DNA from: a virus
Taxonomy: Duplodnaviria; Caudoviricetes
Virus record (IMG/VR): IMGVR_UViG_3300035208_006553
Location: 44,380 to 108,379 of that record
Length of the DNA: 64,000 nucleotides
Strand: one strand, 5' to 3'
Shown here: piece by piece, positions 40,642-52,497 of the stretch
Numbering within the stretch: position 1 is the stretch's first letter
How the letters are laid out: every line of letters begins with the position of its first letter
Program-made: the position numbers and the translations under genes
The notes under the pieces: generated by a model
Told to the model about the DNA's origin: nothing
The model's database searches: none
What the model saw: only the letters and a program-made list of their open reading frames with translations

Positions 40642-41799
40642 ATGAAAATATCTATCGTATTGGGAGCAGGTTTTGGAGATGAAGGTAAGGGACGTACAGT
40701 TTCTTACCTTGTGTCTCAATCAAAAAAACCTCTTGTAATTAGATTTAGTGGGGGTCACCAAGCTGGTCATACCGTATTTGTTAACAATAAACAACATATT
40801 TTTTCTCATTTTGGATCAGGTACTCTTCAAAATGCTCCTACTTATTGGAGTAAGTTTTGTACAACTTACCCGATAGGGTTAGTAAATGAGTGGACGGCTT
40901 TAAAAGATCAAGGAATAAATTCTTCCATTTTTATTGATCCTCTATCACCCGTTACAACTCCTTTTGATGTTTACGCTAATCGGTATGTAAATGCAAATAA
41001 CCAACACGGGACTTGCGGTGCAGGTTTTGGCACAACAATTGAAAGACAAGAAAATCATTACAAATTGCAGTTTATAGATTTATTTTATCATAGTGTATTA
41101 GAAGCTAAACTAAAAAATATTGAAGATTATTATAAAGCTAAAGGGTGGGTTTTTTCTAATGAACCTGATTTCAAAAATCGCATGAAATGCTTTTTTGATA
41201 GTGTTGATATTATTAATCATTATGATATAGGAAACATTCAAGACTTTCAGTTTAATGATTTTGATCATGTCATCTTTGAAGGTTCTCAAGGGCTTCTTTT
41301 AGATAAAGATATAGGATTCTTTCCTAATGTAACAAGGTCAAATACAACAAGTGAAAATGCATTAGCATTAATAGATGAGCTTTTTAATACAGTAGAAAAG
41401 GATATTACTACTTTTTTTGTTACTAGATGTTACCAAACACGTCACGGTAATGGTTATATGTCGGATGAGAGGTTTTTAGACTTAAAAAATATTGAAAATG
41501 AAACTAATATTTTAAATAGTTACCAAGGAAAGTTCAGAACAGGTTATTTAGATTTAAGTTTACTTAGGTATGCTATTTATAGAGAAACTTTAAACAATCC
41601 AAAAGGAATTAAATATTGTTTAGTAGTAACATGCATTGATCAACTATTAAATTCTACTTTTACAGTAAAGGATGGTGGTAAATTAAGAGTTATTGGTTTG
41701 AATGATTTTCGTTTAATTATATCTAATGTATTGTTTTCATATGGAAGAGCAACAGATAAAATAGATATTATTGCATACACGGAAGGAAGTAAATTTTAA
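40642..41799 (+). CDS. Adenylosuccinate synthetase-like protein (divergent PurA paralog)
   Basis: GFGDEGKG, RFSGGHQAGHTV, HGTCGAG, FEGSQGLLLD, FPNVT.S, YQTRHGNG. Confidence 0.85.
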   Translation: MKISIVLGAGFGDEGKGRTVSYLVSQSKKPLVIRFSGGHQAGHTVFVNNKQHIFSHFGSGTLQNAPTYWSKFCTTYPIGLVNEWTALKDQGINSSIFIDPLSPVTTPFDVYANRYVNANNQHGTCGAGFGTTIERQENHYKLQFIDLFYHSVLEAKLKNIEDYYKAKGWVFSNEPDFKNRMKCFFDSVDIINHYDIGNIQDFQFNDFDHVIFEGSQGLLLDKDIGFFPNVTRSNTTSENALALIDELFNTVEKDITTFFVTRCYQTRHGNGYMSDERFLDLKNIENETNILNSYQGKFRTGYLDLSLLRYAIYRETLNNPKGIKYCLVVTCIDQLLNSTFTVKDGGKLRVIGLNDFRLIISNVLFSYGRATDKIDIIAYTEGSKF

Positions 41800-43593
41800 G
41801 TAAATTAGAGGTGACAGTAGTGGGAGAAACAAGTAGAGATTATTATTTGAAAATTGCTGCTCAAATGTGGCATGGATCTTCATATGAACAAGTATTAACA
41901 CTATTTAGGGAAAGAAAACCACATTATACAAATAATAATTTAGATGTTTTAATTTTACCTGCTGAGTTAGTTCATATTTTAGATGATACAGCTCAATTAC
42001 TTCGTCAAGTTGATGGAGTGTTAAGATCTAGACAAGCGATAGCGAACATTGTAATGAATTATAAATTAAATAAAAAGGCGTAATTTGAAACATATTGAAT
42101 TGACAAAAGATACTTTATGTAAAATTTATGACATTTTAGTAACTGAGTGTAACGTAGATGAGAGTATGAAAGAATCTTTTGTATTTCACCATCTTAAAAA
42201 AGACTACCCTAATGAGTGGAGAATTTGTGGAAAGCTAGGGTATGGAGGAAAGATTTGGAGGCGAGAAATAAACTTTGCAAATCGTGTTGAAATGTATATT
42301 TCATGTTATGGGGAAGATGAAACAGAAGAAAGATTAAAACTTATAAGTAAAGTAAATAAAAGGATTGCTAAATTATTAGGAACAATTTAGTATGTTACAA
42401 AAAGACAAGAATAGAATTATTGATATTGCTTTTATTATAAAGGATTTTCAAACAGAAATTGAAAGACTTAGAGATTCTGAGAAAGTAAAAGCTTGTAATA
42501 TTAATACATCTCAAGCAGAGTATACTCAAGCAGGTGAAAAATTTGATTTTAGAGGAAAGGATTTAGAGGAAGTGTATACTAAGATGAGTGAAATGTATCA
42601 TCTATTAATTGATATAGGAAGTTAGAATGAAAACTAAATGTTATTGTATATTTTGTGTACATCACCCTCTTCACGACAAACAAAAAGAGTTTAAAGAGAT
42701 TACGACTGGATACAAACCGGGCTTCATGGTAAAATCTGAATTTGATGATCAAGGAATAGAGGTAGAGTGTTTACGGCCTGTTTCAGATGCTTTTTATGAA
42801 TTAGGAAGAGAATCAGAAGATTTTAAATGGGAAGTTACAGCTTACGGAGATGGATGTGCAATTACCGGAGTTAAAGGGATAGGTTATACAATATGGGCAA
42901 ATTGTAAAAATGAAAAACACGAAGAAATTTAAAGATTTTTTTGAAGCTTGGTATTTTTTAGAAGAACACTCTTATTATAGACATCCGAAATACCATAATA
43001 GTTTTTTTCAAAGAAGTTTAGATATTGAAGTTGTTAAAGTCAATCCAAAGACAGAATGCATTGATGATAATGAACAATTAAATATCGTGACAAGGATATG
43101 GTTAGAAAGTGGTATTAATTGGATTAACAAAGAAACTTACGAATCTACTCATGATTGGAAATTAGATTGTGGAGGTAAAACATTTGAAGAAGCAATTATT
43201 AACTTAGCTAATTTAGTGTTAAAACATTATGGAAAGTCTAAAACGTAAAGTAACAGCAGTTTGTCTGTTTACAATGTTTGAAAACTAAATTGTAGAGCGA
43301 TGTGAAAAAGTTTATTGAAGAAAAGAAAAAATAATAAAATATTAAAATTAAGAACGGCTTTATAAAGAAATTGCAATTGTACGATGTAAACAGAAGGAAA
43401 ATAGAAAAATGACAATAGTAAAAGCATTAATGAGTGATGAATATAATTTGATATTATCTACCGGACACAAATGGTTGGTATATGATACTCAATTTAATAT
43501 GTGGGTAGTTTATGAACAAGTGAGACGCAAAGTTGTGAAGATAATCGAGACAGAAATAGAAGATGAAGCAGTAGCAGAACTAATTAAATAATT

Positions 43594-44968
43594 TTGTCCG
43601 CACGAATTGCTTGTTTTATGCTTTTGCGGACGTAAATAAAAGGAGAAATAAAACGACACTAGAGAGATTTGAAGAAATATTTGACAACACAGAAAGCGAC
43701 CACAAACGACAAAGTAAGATATTTAAGGGACTTGAAATAATAAGAAAATATTTACCAGATGCTGATATTGAAGCTGCTGAACACGATATTATTTATGCGG
43801 CTGATGTAGATGAATTAATAGAGGCGGGCATAACAGAAGATGATGTAAAAGAACTGGCTAAATTAACTTGGCATATTGATGAGGATGCTTTGGCGCACTT
43901 TGCGTGATAGTTTGCAATAAACATAACATAAACTTGAGGTCTTTTTGATTTGCTGATTAAACCGTGAGAAGTGAACATGGATAATATTATGAATTATGGA
44001 CTAACATTTTATTGTGTGTTAGGGAAATGGAGTAAACCAAAAATACAGTGGATGAAAGCAACGAGAAGTTTGAGAATATGTTTAGGATTTGTTGCCATAA
44101 AAATTGGGTTGTATGATTTAGAAAGATGGGAAAAGAAAGTTTTAATTGCATATATAAAAACAACTGATAGCGACGAGTCGGTTTAACAAATTAATGGAGT
44201 GAAAATGTTTAGCAAGATTGAAAGATTAAAAAGAAAAGCTAAAAAGTATTACCAAGAATACAACCGAATACTTGATGGAATGGATTGCGGAGTAACATTA
44301 GCGTTGCAAATATCTTCCCGGTTGAGCATAGCGAAAACTAATTTCAACAATACTTTAGATGAATTGGCAAAGATCGATCCGCAATGTACCACGAAGAGAC
44401 TATGATAGTCAAAAACATGCATAACTGATCAGCGATTAAACGCACCGGGCATAAAAAGAGAGATTAAAAGTATAATTAACATATTAAACAATAAAATAGC
44501 CGCACAAAAGATAGGTGCCGTTCTTGATTATGTAGTTAGTTTTTGAGGAGCGAAAATATGCAATTACATCCAGCAACATTAATTCTATTGGATAAAGAGG
44601 ATATTATAGATGCTATTAAACAAGCAATTTATAAAGAATATCCAGAGTTTAGATCAACATACAATATTATCATTGATACGAAATTGGAAAGAGTAGAAGT
44701 AAGAGCAATTTGTTATACGCCCGTTAAAAAGGCAAATGATAGCGACGAGTAAAACTAACAGAGTTGGTTTTAAAGGGTTTTACGGAATAAACACTAAAAT
44801 AAAATTGAGGTAAAAATGTTAAAATGTAATAACAAATTTTGCTATAATAATTCAATAGCTGGATGTTCACTTGAGTTTGAAACACAAACTGATTGCGATA
44901 CATATAATGACTATAATGAAAGCAACCTTGTTGAAAACCGAGTTAGCCAAGCCGCTTCTCGGGCGGTG
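43594..44968. mobile_element. Array 2 of attC-like gene cassettes (partly decayed)
   Basis: ATTAAACCG(43956)/CGGTTTAAC(44179); GTTAGTTTT(44535)/AAAACTAAC(44751); full sites at 44419..44541 and 44753..44948. Confidence 0.72.
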
Positions 44969-45065
44969 CAAGCCGCCGAAAATTTAGAACAAAAGATTAA
45001 AGAGTTTGCAGACATACGCGGATTAAAGTGTTCAAAAACTTTGAAAAGTTCCTGGAGGGGTTAAT

Positions 45066-45539
45066 ATGATACATGACTTAAAGAAAATAATATTTTTAGA
45101 CATTGATGGAGTTTTAAATTGTGAAATAGATGCTATTCAAAACGAATTTGAAGATATTTCTAAAAGATGTGTTAAGATGTTAAATACGATTATTAAAGAG
45201 ACAGATGCAAAGGTTGTAATATCTTCTGTTTGGAGAAATAATAGAACAGTAGACCAATTACAAGAACTTTTAGAAAAATATGGATTCGAAGGTGAAGTAG
45301 TAAGTAAAACTCCCCATCTAGGTCAAGGAAGTTTAAGAGGTAATGAAATTAGATGGTGGATTGAAACAAATATACCTTATGAGGAACAAAACAATTTTAA
45401 ATACGTAATACTTGATGATGACAGTGACATGTTATTATGGCAAAAAGATAATTTTTTATGTGTAGATGGGTATTGTGGAATTACACCTAAAATAGTGTAT
45501 AAAGCTTGCTGGATTTTGAAAGGTAAAATAGGAGTTTAA
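45066..45539 (+). CDS. HAD-superfamily phosphatase (RNA-repair-associated HAD type)
   Basis: IFLDIDGVLN, VVISSVWR, RG.EI..W, YVILDDD. Confidence 0.85.
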   Translation: MIHDLKKIIFLDIDGVLNCEIDAIQNEFEDISKRCVKMLNTIIKETDAKVVISSVWRNNRTVDQLQELLEKYGFEGEVVSKTPHLGQGSLRGNEIRWWIETNIPYEEQNNFKYVILDDDSDMLLWQKDNFLCVDGYCGITPKIVYKACWILKGKIGV

Positions 45540-45551
45540 TTTAAAGATAAT

Positions 45552-45563
45552 TAATGTATAGTA
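45552..45563 (+). promoter_or_regulatory. Putative phage promoter (TAATGTATAGTA variant)
   Basis: One mismatch to motif, intergenic. Confidence 0.5.
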
Positions 45564-45874
45564 TATATAGGAAATTATAAAACAAAGATTTTAAAGGTAT
45601 ATAATATGTTTTGTAATCATAAATACAGTAAGGTTGAAGGTAATTATCAATATTGTACAAAATGTGGAAAAGCAATTGCAGCACCTAAAGTAGAATGTAA
45701 TCATAGTTGGGAGGAATACGGTGTATATGAAAAACATAGTGGAACAACAGGTTATCTTACAGGTTACATTATCGTTAATAAATGCAATAAATGCAGAACT
45801 TTTGAAAAATTTGAAATATCAGTATACAAGTAATTACATTTAAAATGCAATTATTTAATTAGGAGATAAAAATT

Positions 45875-46867
45875 ATGTTTTTTAAGTCTATTACATTATC
45901 AAGTAAGCATTGGTCAGTTAAATTATTAAAATATGTATTTCCAAGCCTTCCACGTTTTTATAATTTCTGCCCTCATTTTTGGTTAGCCAATCTTGCTTTA
46001 ATCATACTTCCATTTTTGCTTTTATGGAAAGGCACAGTTTGGAGTTTTGTGAAGTTAGTAAAACCTCTTGTAAAATTATTATCTGAATGGTTTGATGAAT
46101 GGGATAGTGTTCAACAAGAAAAACATGCAACTAAAGTATTAAGTACACTATCTAAAGAAGAGTTAAATATACTTGCCTATGCTTACGATTTGGGACTTTA
46201 CAATTATCATCGTAAACGGCTAAACCGTTACTTTTTTGAAGATATAGATAAACGTGTAGCAAAACATCTTACAAAAGCTTTTAATATACTAATACGTTCT
46301 AGTATAGGCGTCACGTCTTTAAGACATGTAATAATCCAATCAAATTATAATTCTAATTCTATGGAAGAAATATATAATAAATATTTTAACGATAATAAAA
46401 AGACATACGTTCCTCCTAAAGAAATTATACATGTAAAAAAGAGATCTTGGTACCCGACAGCAATAAAGATATCTAAAGTATTAGTTAGTCTTCTTTGCAT
46501 ACCTGCATTGTATGCTATATATAAATTAATTTATTTATTTGGTTTATTTATTGGATGGGTATGGTATTGGATAACGTATGCTTTTTATAATTGGGATTGG
46601 GCTGCAATAGGACAAGCAGCATTATATATACTTATATTTGTAGCTACGCTTTTTATTATCAAATTCTTTAGTAAAAGATTTTCAGGCAGCTTAGTACTCA
46701 CTGATTGGTTATGTAAAATATTACTTAAAATTGGAAATATGTTTGTAATAATTGGAAGAGGTTTAGCTTGGATAGGTAGAGGAATTAGATCAGTTTTTTC
46801 ATTTTTCTGGGAAGCAATTAAATCATTCAAAGCTGATAACTGTCCTGAAATTATTTGGAAAGATTAA
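45875..46867 (+). CDS. Multi-pass membrane protein
   Basis: Several hydrophobic/aromatic helices; N-terminal NFCPHFW and C-terminal CP. Confidence 0.7.
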   Translation: MFFKSITLSSKHWSVKLLKYVFPSLPRFYNFCPHFWLANLALIILPFLLLWKGTVWSFVKLVKPLVKLLSEWFDEWDSVQQEKHATKVLSTLSKEELNILAYAYDLGLYNYHRKRLNRYFFEDIDKRVAKHLTKAFNILIRSSIGVTSLRHVIIQSNYNSNSMEEIYNKYFNDNKKTYVPPKEIIHVKKRSWYPTAIKISKVLVSLLCIPALYAIYKLIYLFGLFIGWVWYWITYAFYNWDWAAIGQAALYILIFVATLFIIKFFSKRFSGSLVLTDWLCKILLKIGNMFVIIGRGLAWIGRGIRSVFSFFWEAIKSFKADNCPEIIWKD

Positions 46868-47407
46868 AATGGTAAAAGCAAAAAAAGAGACATACGAACT
46901 TAGATTAATTACATTTAAAAGAGGTTTACAACGGATGTTCTCTATTGTTGAAGTATATTTTAATAAAAAAAGACAGCCTGAATGCGGTGTTCTTGAACCT
47001 GTATTTTTGTGTCATCGTAAATTACCCCAACTTAAAAATAAAGTTAGTACACTTATGGAAGTTTTTAATAAACCAATTCTAGATTTTGATAATAATTTAA
47101 AGACATACCGTGAGCAAAAAAGACGTAAAAAGAACGAGTGTGCTTGTAAATCCAGACCATATTAATTTAGTTATAGCAGCTTTACTTTTTAACGGTTCTG
47201 CAGATTTATGTGTTGCTTGGAAAGAAGAAGATTATATAAAACTGGTTGATATTGCTGAAGACATAATTAAAGTAGTCAGGTTAAACAGTAAAACAATTGA
47301 TTTATCTTTTCTTAGTTTTTGCGGTTCAAAGTTTGACTACAATTTTGAAAATCCTAATATGGTAAAAAGAGTTAAAAAGTTAATTAAATTAGCAGAAGGA
47401 AAATAAG

Positions 47408-47692
47408 ATGGACGGAACACCTTTAGAACAAGCATTAATGAATAAATTACAAGTTACAATTACTTACACAAAAGAAAAGACAGGTGAAGTAAAAATTCAT
47501 ACTGGAGGTATTACTAAGATAGGTGTAAACAAAGCCGGTAAACCCGCTCTTTGGCTATGGGATACTTCTCTTCAAGATAATATACGTCAAATGTTGTTAT
47601 CAAATATAAATAGTTTTCAAGTTTTAGATACTCCATTTGTAGTACCTAATGGATGGCCTCTTGAATTAAACGGGCAGATAATTGGATATTAA
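47408..47692 (+). CDS. WYL-like small domain protein
   Basis: LEQAL.....VTITY.K..GE...R...LSNI.S.QVL pattern. Confidence 0.5.
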   Translation: MDGTPLEQALMNKLQVTITYTKEKTGEVKIHTGGITKIGVNKAGKPALWLWDTSLQDNIRQMLLSNINSFQVLDTPFVVPNGWPLELNGQIIGY

Positions 47693-47720
47693 ATAAATAA
47701 ATTAAGATGGAAACAAGAAA

Positions 47721-48311
47721 TTGAGTAAAAATTATTGGATTATAGCAGATTCTCACTGGGGGCATTCTAATATAATTAATCTTTGTGATCGTCCTTTTCA
47801 CGATGTTAAAATGATGAATGATTATATGTTAATGAGATGGAATCAAGTAGTAAAAGAAAGAGATATTGTTTACCATTTAGGAGATATGTTTTGGACTGAA
47901 AAAACAGCTTTAGAAATATTACCTCAATTGAAAGGAGAAATTCATTTAATACTAGGCAACCACGATAGAAATTGGAAAAGAGTATATAATAGGCTACAAA
48001 GAAGTCCATTAAATCCACTTTCAAATTTAATTATAGAAGAAAGAGATATTGTAACGATTTCGGAGCCAATTAAGGCCATACTTTGTCATTATCCTTTATT
48101 ATCCTGGAATGGAGCTGCTCATGGAGTGTTACATTTTGCAGGACACACTCACGAAAAGTGTAAGAGTGAAGGACAGAGAGTTAATATTTGTGTTGAAAAT
48201 ATTGATTATACACCTATAAATTTAAATACATTAATTGGATACGAACAGCAAGTAAAAGATTACTATAATATTTTAGATCTAATTAAAGCTATACAGGAGA
48301 AAAATGGGTAA
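47721..48311 (+). CDS. Calcineurin-like metallophosphoesterase
   Basis: ADSHWGH, YHLGD, GNHD, LCHYP, GHTH. Confidence 0.9.
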   Translation: MSKNYWIIADSHWGHSNIINLCDRPFHDVKMMNDYMLMRWNQVVKERDIVYHLGDMFWTEKTALEILPQLKGEIHLILGNHDRNWKRVYNRLQRSPLNPLSNLIIEERDIVTISEPIKAILCHYPLLSWNGAAHGVLHFAGHTHEKCKSEGQRVNICVENIDYTPINLNTLIGYEQQVKDYYNILDLIKAIQEKNG

Positions 48312-48660
48312 TAGACGAAAACTTATTATTTATATAAGTGGAGCCTATTACGGGAATGATAATGGAAAGATTATTAAAAGTAATAGTCAACTTGCAAGAG
48401 AATGTGCTATAGAATTGTAGGAAAAGGGATTTACGGTTATTTGTCCTCATTTGAATACTTCTCATATGGAAAAAGATTGTAAAATTAGATATAAGGATTA
48501 TGTAGAGGGAGATTGTGAAATACTTAAAAGATGTGATTGTGTGTTTATGCTTCCTAATTGGAAAAATTCAAGAGGATCTTGTTTAGAGAAAGAAGCTGTA
48601 GAGAGTGAAAAAATATACGTTGTTTATACAATGTAAGAATTAGAGGATTTGTATGTTTGA
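48304..48660 (+). pseudogene. DUF4406 / nucleoside deoxyribosyltransferase-like gene with premature stops
   Basis: IYISGAY...AIEL*EKGFTVICPH...CDCVFMLPNWKNSRGS; TAG at 48418 where Trp is expected; probable second stop at 48634. Confidence 0.7.
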
Positions 48661-50322
48661 ATATTTTGTAAGTTACCCACTTAATTATTTAAGTACAGTT
48701 CACAATGTTGTAAATGCTTTTATAACTTTAGATTTTGAAGTAAGAACACATGGGGACGTTTTAAAATTAGAAGAGTTGTTAATAGAATAAAAGAGTGATT
48801 GTGTATCTGTAATTACTCTTATTAGTTTTCAAAAATTAAAAGGTTAAAATGAAAAAGGTGTTAATAATTGGACCTTCAGGTAATTCAAAAGAATACGAAG
48901 TCGACGGATTTGAATTAAGTTCAAGTAAATATGAGGGGTATGAATTAGTTTTAATACTGTTAAAAGAACAAGAAGAAGAAAATTTAGCTACTACAATACC
49001 TATTACTGCTACAGAAGTTACATTTGAACTTGTACCTCAACCTTCTAAAAAAGGTATTATTAATGATGTAAAGGAATCTTTTTCTGAACCTTTACGAAAT
49101 CTAACTCAATCTGATATGTTAGTACAATTAAGAGAGAGTAGAGAGATTGTCTTTTTAGATTCAAAAGTTTCTTTAAACGTTACAGGCAAGGCTACAATAA
49201 GCACACTAAAATACAGTTTAGACAGAGATGGTTTAAATGAAGCCATCCAAGAATTAATAGATAAAGAAAAAATTCTTACACAGACATACCAAATGCAAAT
49301 ACTAAAAGAAGCATTAGTTGTGTACAACGCAACAGAAGATAAATTTTATATAAGAGAAGAGGTTAATTGTGGACACACAGAAGTCACTAAAGTTTAGTGA
49401 TATAGATATTCACTCAGATATCGACAAGAAAGTTGAAGGTGAGGTAGATATAGTGAAAGAAGATTCAATAGAAAAGAAAGCAGATCTTTATCAAAGAGAA
49501 TTGTTTACTATTATTCCGGAAGATCACGACCCTTCTTTAGGTATTTTTCCTGGCGATCAGCAATTATCTAATCGATACGTATTATTATGGAATAGTATAA
49601 AAACTATTACACCCTCAATCATCGATAAAGGTTATAAAATACTTAAAATAAAAATAGCTTCAGAATCAATAATTACCAACGAGTTGCGAAATTTAGGAGG
49701 AGGAGTGTATGCTTTAAAATACATATCTAATACTCTTCCTTTTGAAGAAGTTAAAAGTATAAATTATACAGAATAAAGGTGAATAGTAAATGAAAGTCAA
49801 TAATCAACAGCGTAAATTAATTAAGCAAAGAATGTTAGAAAAGGGTATACAAAATTGGTTATTTCAAGAAATAAAGAAACAAGACGTATTCCACGACTTT
49901 GCATCAAAGTTTTTTGAAACATATGAAAGAACAAATTTTTCTATTGAAAATCCTAATTATATAATATCTAAATATAGTATTAATTAAAACAAGAGGTAAA
50001 GTGAAGATCACTGGTAATGTAGCTGATGTGGAACTTGTCAATCTTAAATTGAGCAATCTTAAAGGACAAGAAAGTAGGTGTAGTGAATGTTTAGAACCTT
50101 TTGATGTAGGAGATAAAATTATTGTAATATCTGATGGAATAGTTAATTCTAATGGAGATATTGAACTGTCAGAGATAATGCATTTTGTAAAAACAAAAGC
50201 AATTAGAGACTTTTTAACTAGGTATATAGATTTACTTGAAAAATCTACAAATAAACCTACCGATGAAATTGTAAAAGTACAGCCAGATAACTAAATATTT
50301 ACAATATTCATTAAAAATATGA

Positions 50323-52497
50323 TTGAAATTGAGCAATCCTTTAAGCTACCAAGAGTTTCCAGAGAGTGTAAAGCAATTTGTATCTTACTGTTTTAAAGAT
50401 TGTCTATCTAAGTATTCTTTGTTAGATAATAAATTACAAGCACTTTACATTTCATTTGAACCTCGTCCCTTACAATACCCAGATTATGTTAAAGCAGAGC
50501 TTATTTTACCTAACAAAATAGCTTATTTCGATAAAGGAAATATTAGGTGGGATGGTATTATGCATGAAATTACTCATTTAATTCAGTATCACCTAAACGG
50601 AAAAGAAGAAAATATACCCTATCTTTCTAATTATAGCAAGGTTGCATCGTTTAATTTTGAGAATTATCAAAAAGATGAATCTGAAGTACATGCTTTTAAA
50701 ATACAAGCAGCTTTTGTGGAATATAGAAAACAAAGATTAAATTGGAATAGTATTAAAGTAAGTAATTCATCTTTAAATAATCAAACTACTTATTACATAT
50801 ATGATGCTAAAACTGGAATATTTATAAAAGAAGTTTATAGTTTAGAAGAAATCAGTCAGTTATATGGAATTTCTCCAGCATTTTCTAAACGTGCTATTGA
50901 GAACAACTGGGCTATGAAAGGTGTTTATATTTTAGATGCAAGTAAGGAAAAAAAGAAAAGATTACGTATACCTAATCGCCAAGAAAGAGAATCAGAGATA
51001 AGAGGAGTAAAGATAATAGGAACAAATCCCGAAACAGGAACTGAATATTCTTTTAATTCTGTAAGTGAAGCTGCAAGAGAATTACATATTAATAGACTTA
51101 GTATAATTCATGTATTAAAAGAAAGACAGGGTACTGCAGGGGGAATGAAGTGGAGGTATGCAGAGAATTCTAAAAAAGAAATAAACAAGAATCAATGGCT
51201 TAATAAAACATTTGTATTAAATGATTCTACTAAATTAGAAGTAGTTGATGTGAACGATGCACAGGAACCTATTTTTGTGTTGCGAGATGTCAACACTAAA
51301 AAGTTATTTAGATATAATGAAAGTTCGTTAAGAGAAAATATTCTAAAAGGTATGTTAGTTGAAATTTCTCAAAATAAACTCTCTTGGCAAGTAGAGACTA
51401 ACGAATTTTACGAATTAGAAAGATTACTCAATAATAAACATTACTCTTATCATTTAGAAGGAAATACATTTATTATTGATCATGGAGGAAATGTATATCT
51501 TTATTCTCTTACATCTCTACCAGATAACATACAATTTAATAACAGAGGATATGTAGATCTTGATTCTCTTACATCTTTACCTAATAACATACAATTTAAT
51601 AATGAAGGAAATGTATATCTTTATTCTCTTACATCTCTACCAGATAATACACAATTTAATAACAGAGGAAATGTATATCTTAATTCTCTTACATCTCTAC
51701 CAGATAACATACAATTTAATAATGAAGGAAATGTAGATCTTCGTTCTCTTAAATCTCTACCAGATAACATACAATTTAATAACAGAGGAAATGTATATCT
51801 TGATTCTCTTACATCTTTACCAGATAACATACAATTTAATAACAGAGGAAATGTATATCTTGATTCTCTTACATCTTTACCAGATAACAAATACGATATA
51901 TTTAAAAACGGTGGAGGAATAGTTTATTACAATAATTATACTTCTCAATTTAACCCTAAAGATAGAAAGAAATTAAGTTGGCAAGATGTAGAAGATTTAA
52001 CTGGATGGATGGTTAGATTGGAAAATACTTTTTACGGGACTTTATACGGTATAGTATTATTAGATCTTCCGGGTGAATTGGAAGCTATGTGGAGAAGTTC
52101 TGAAGGGGGAGCTAAAGAAGTATACTATTACCATAAAAATAATACCGCTTTTTTAACAAAGAGATATGATAAAAGACATATTGATATTTTTCCTCTTTAT
52201 AAAGTAGAAGAAACTAAGTTATCTTGGCAAACACCTCAAACATGGAAGGATTTTGAAGGGTGGTTAGTAAAAGAAAATGTTGAAAACACTCGAATACCTT
52301 ATGCTGTGATAAAAAAAGTAGCTATTTCTGAAATAAATCAAAATTATGTATTTGTAGAAGCATTTTTTGCTCAAACGGCAGAAGATGCAGTGCGTTATTA
52401 TCAACAAACAACAGATTCTTTTGTGTACCCTTTTACAAATTTAGATATTAATAGATTTACACCCATTCGTTACATAGGTAACCAAAATGAACAATAG
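50323..52497 (+). CDS. Polyvalent protein: zincin-like HExxH, NUMOD1-like HTH, LRR module, 2 GWxV modules
   Basis: MHEITH..Q...E..A; FNSVSEAAREL...TAGGMKWRY; modules separated by KVAS/KLSW. Confidence 0.8.
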   Translation: MKLSNPLSYQEFPESVKQFVSYCFKDCLSKYSLLDNKLQALYISFEPRPLQYPDYVKAELILPNKIAYFDKGNIRWDGIMHEITHLIQYHLNGKEENIPYLSNYSKVASFNFENYQKDESEVHAFKIQAAFVEYRKQRLNWNSIKVSNSSLNNQTTYYIYDAKTGIFIKEVYSLEEISQLYGISPAFSKRAIENNWAMKGVYILDASKEKKKRLRIPNRQERESEIRGVKIIGTNPETGTEYSFNSVSEAARELHINRLSIIHVLKERQGTAGGMKWRYAENSKKEINKNQWLNKTFVLNDSTKLEVVDVNDAQEPIFVLRDVNTKKLFRYNESSLRENILKGMLVEISQNKLSWQVETNEFYELERLLNNKHYSYHLEGNTFIIDHGGNVYLYSLTSLPDNIQFNNRGYVDLDSLTSLPNNIQFNNEGNVYLYSLTSLPDNTQFNNRGNVYLNSLTSLPDNIQFNNEGNVDLRSLKSLPDNIQFNNRGNVYLDSLTSLPDNIQFNNRGNVYLDSLTSLPDNKYDIFKNGGGIVYYNNYTSQFNPKDRKKLSWQDVEDLTGWMVRLENTFYGTLYGIVLLDLPGELEAMWRSSEGGAKEVYYYHKNNTAFLTKRYDKRHIDIFPLYKVEETKLSWQTPQTWKDFEGWLVKENVENTRIPYAVIKKVAISEINQNYVFVEAFFAQTAEDAVRYYQQTTDSFVYPFTNLDINRFTPIRYIGNQNEQ
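51385..51981 (+). repeat. LRR module copy 2 (7 repeats)
   Basis: Same N-cap DNA as the other copies; C-cap has one extra codon. Confidence 0.97.

Noticed and set aside
40642-41799. PurZ (2-aminoadenine DNA) pathway
   Set aside because: The active-site motif is GDEGKG (Asp, PurA-type), not the Ser variant of PurZ, and no DatZ/MazZ-like neighbours were recognised.
48418-48420. TAG stop-codon reassignment
   Set aside because: Long genes translate intact with code 11, TAG terminates normal genes, and nearby broken ORFs also involve TAA/TGA and frameshifts. Pseudogenisation fits better.
51481-51900. CRISPR array interpretation of the 60-bp periodic repeats
   Set aside because: The repeats are contiguous coding units with no unique spacers, and no cas genes are present.
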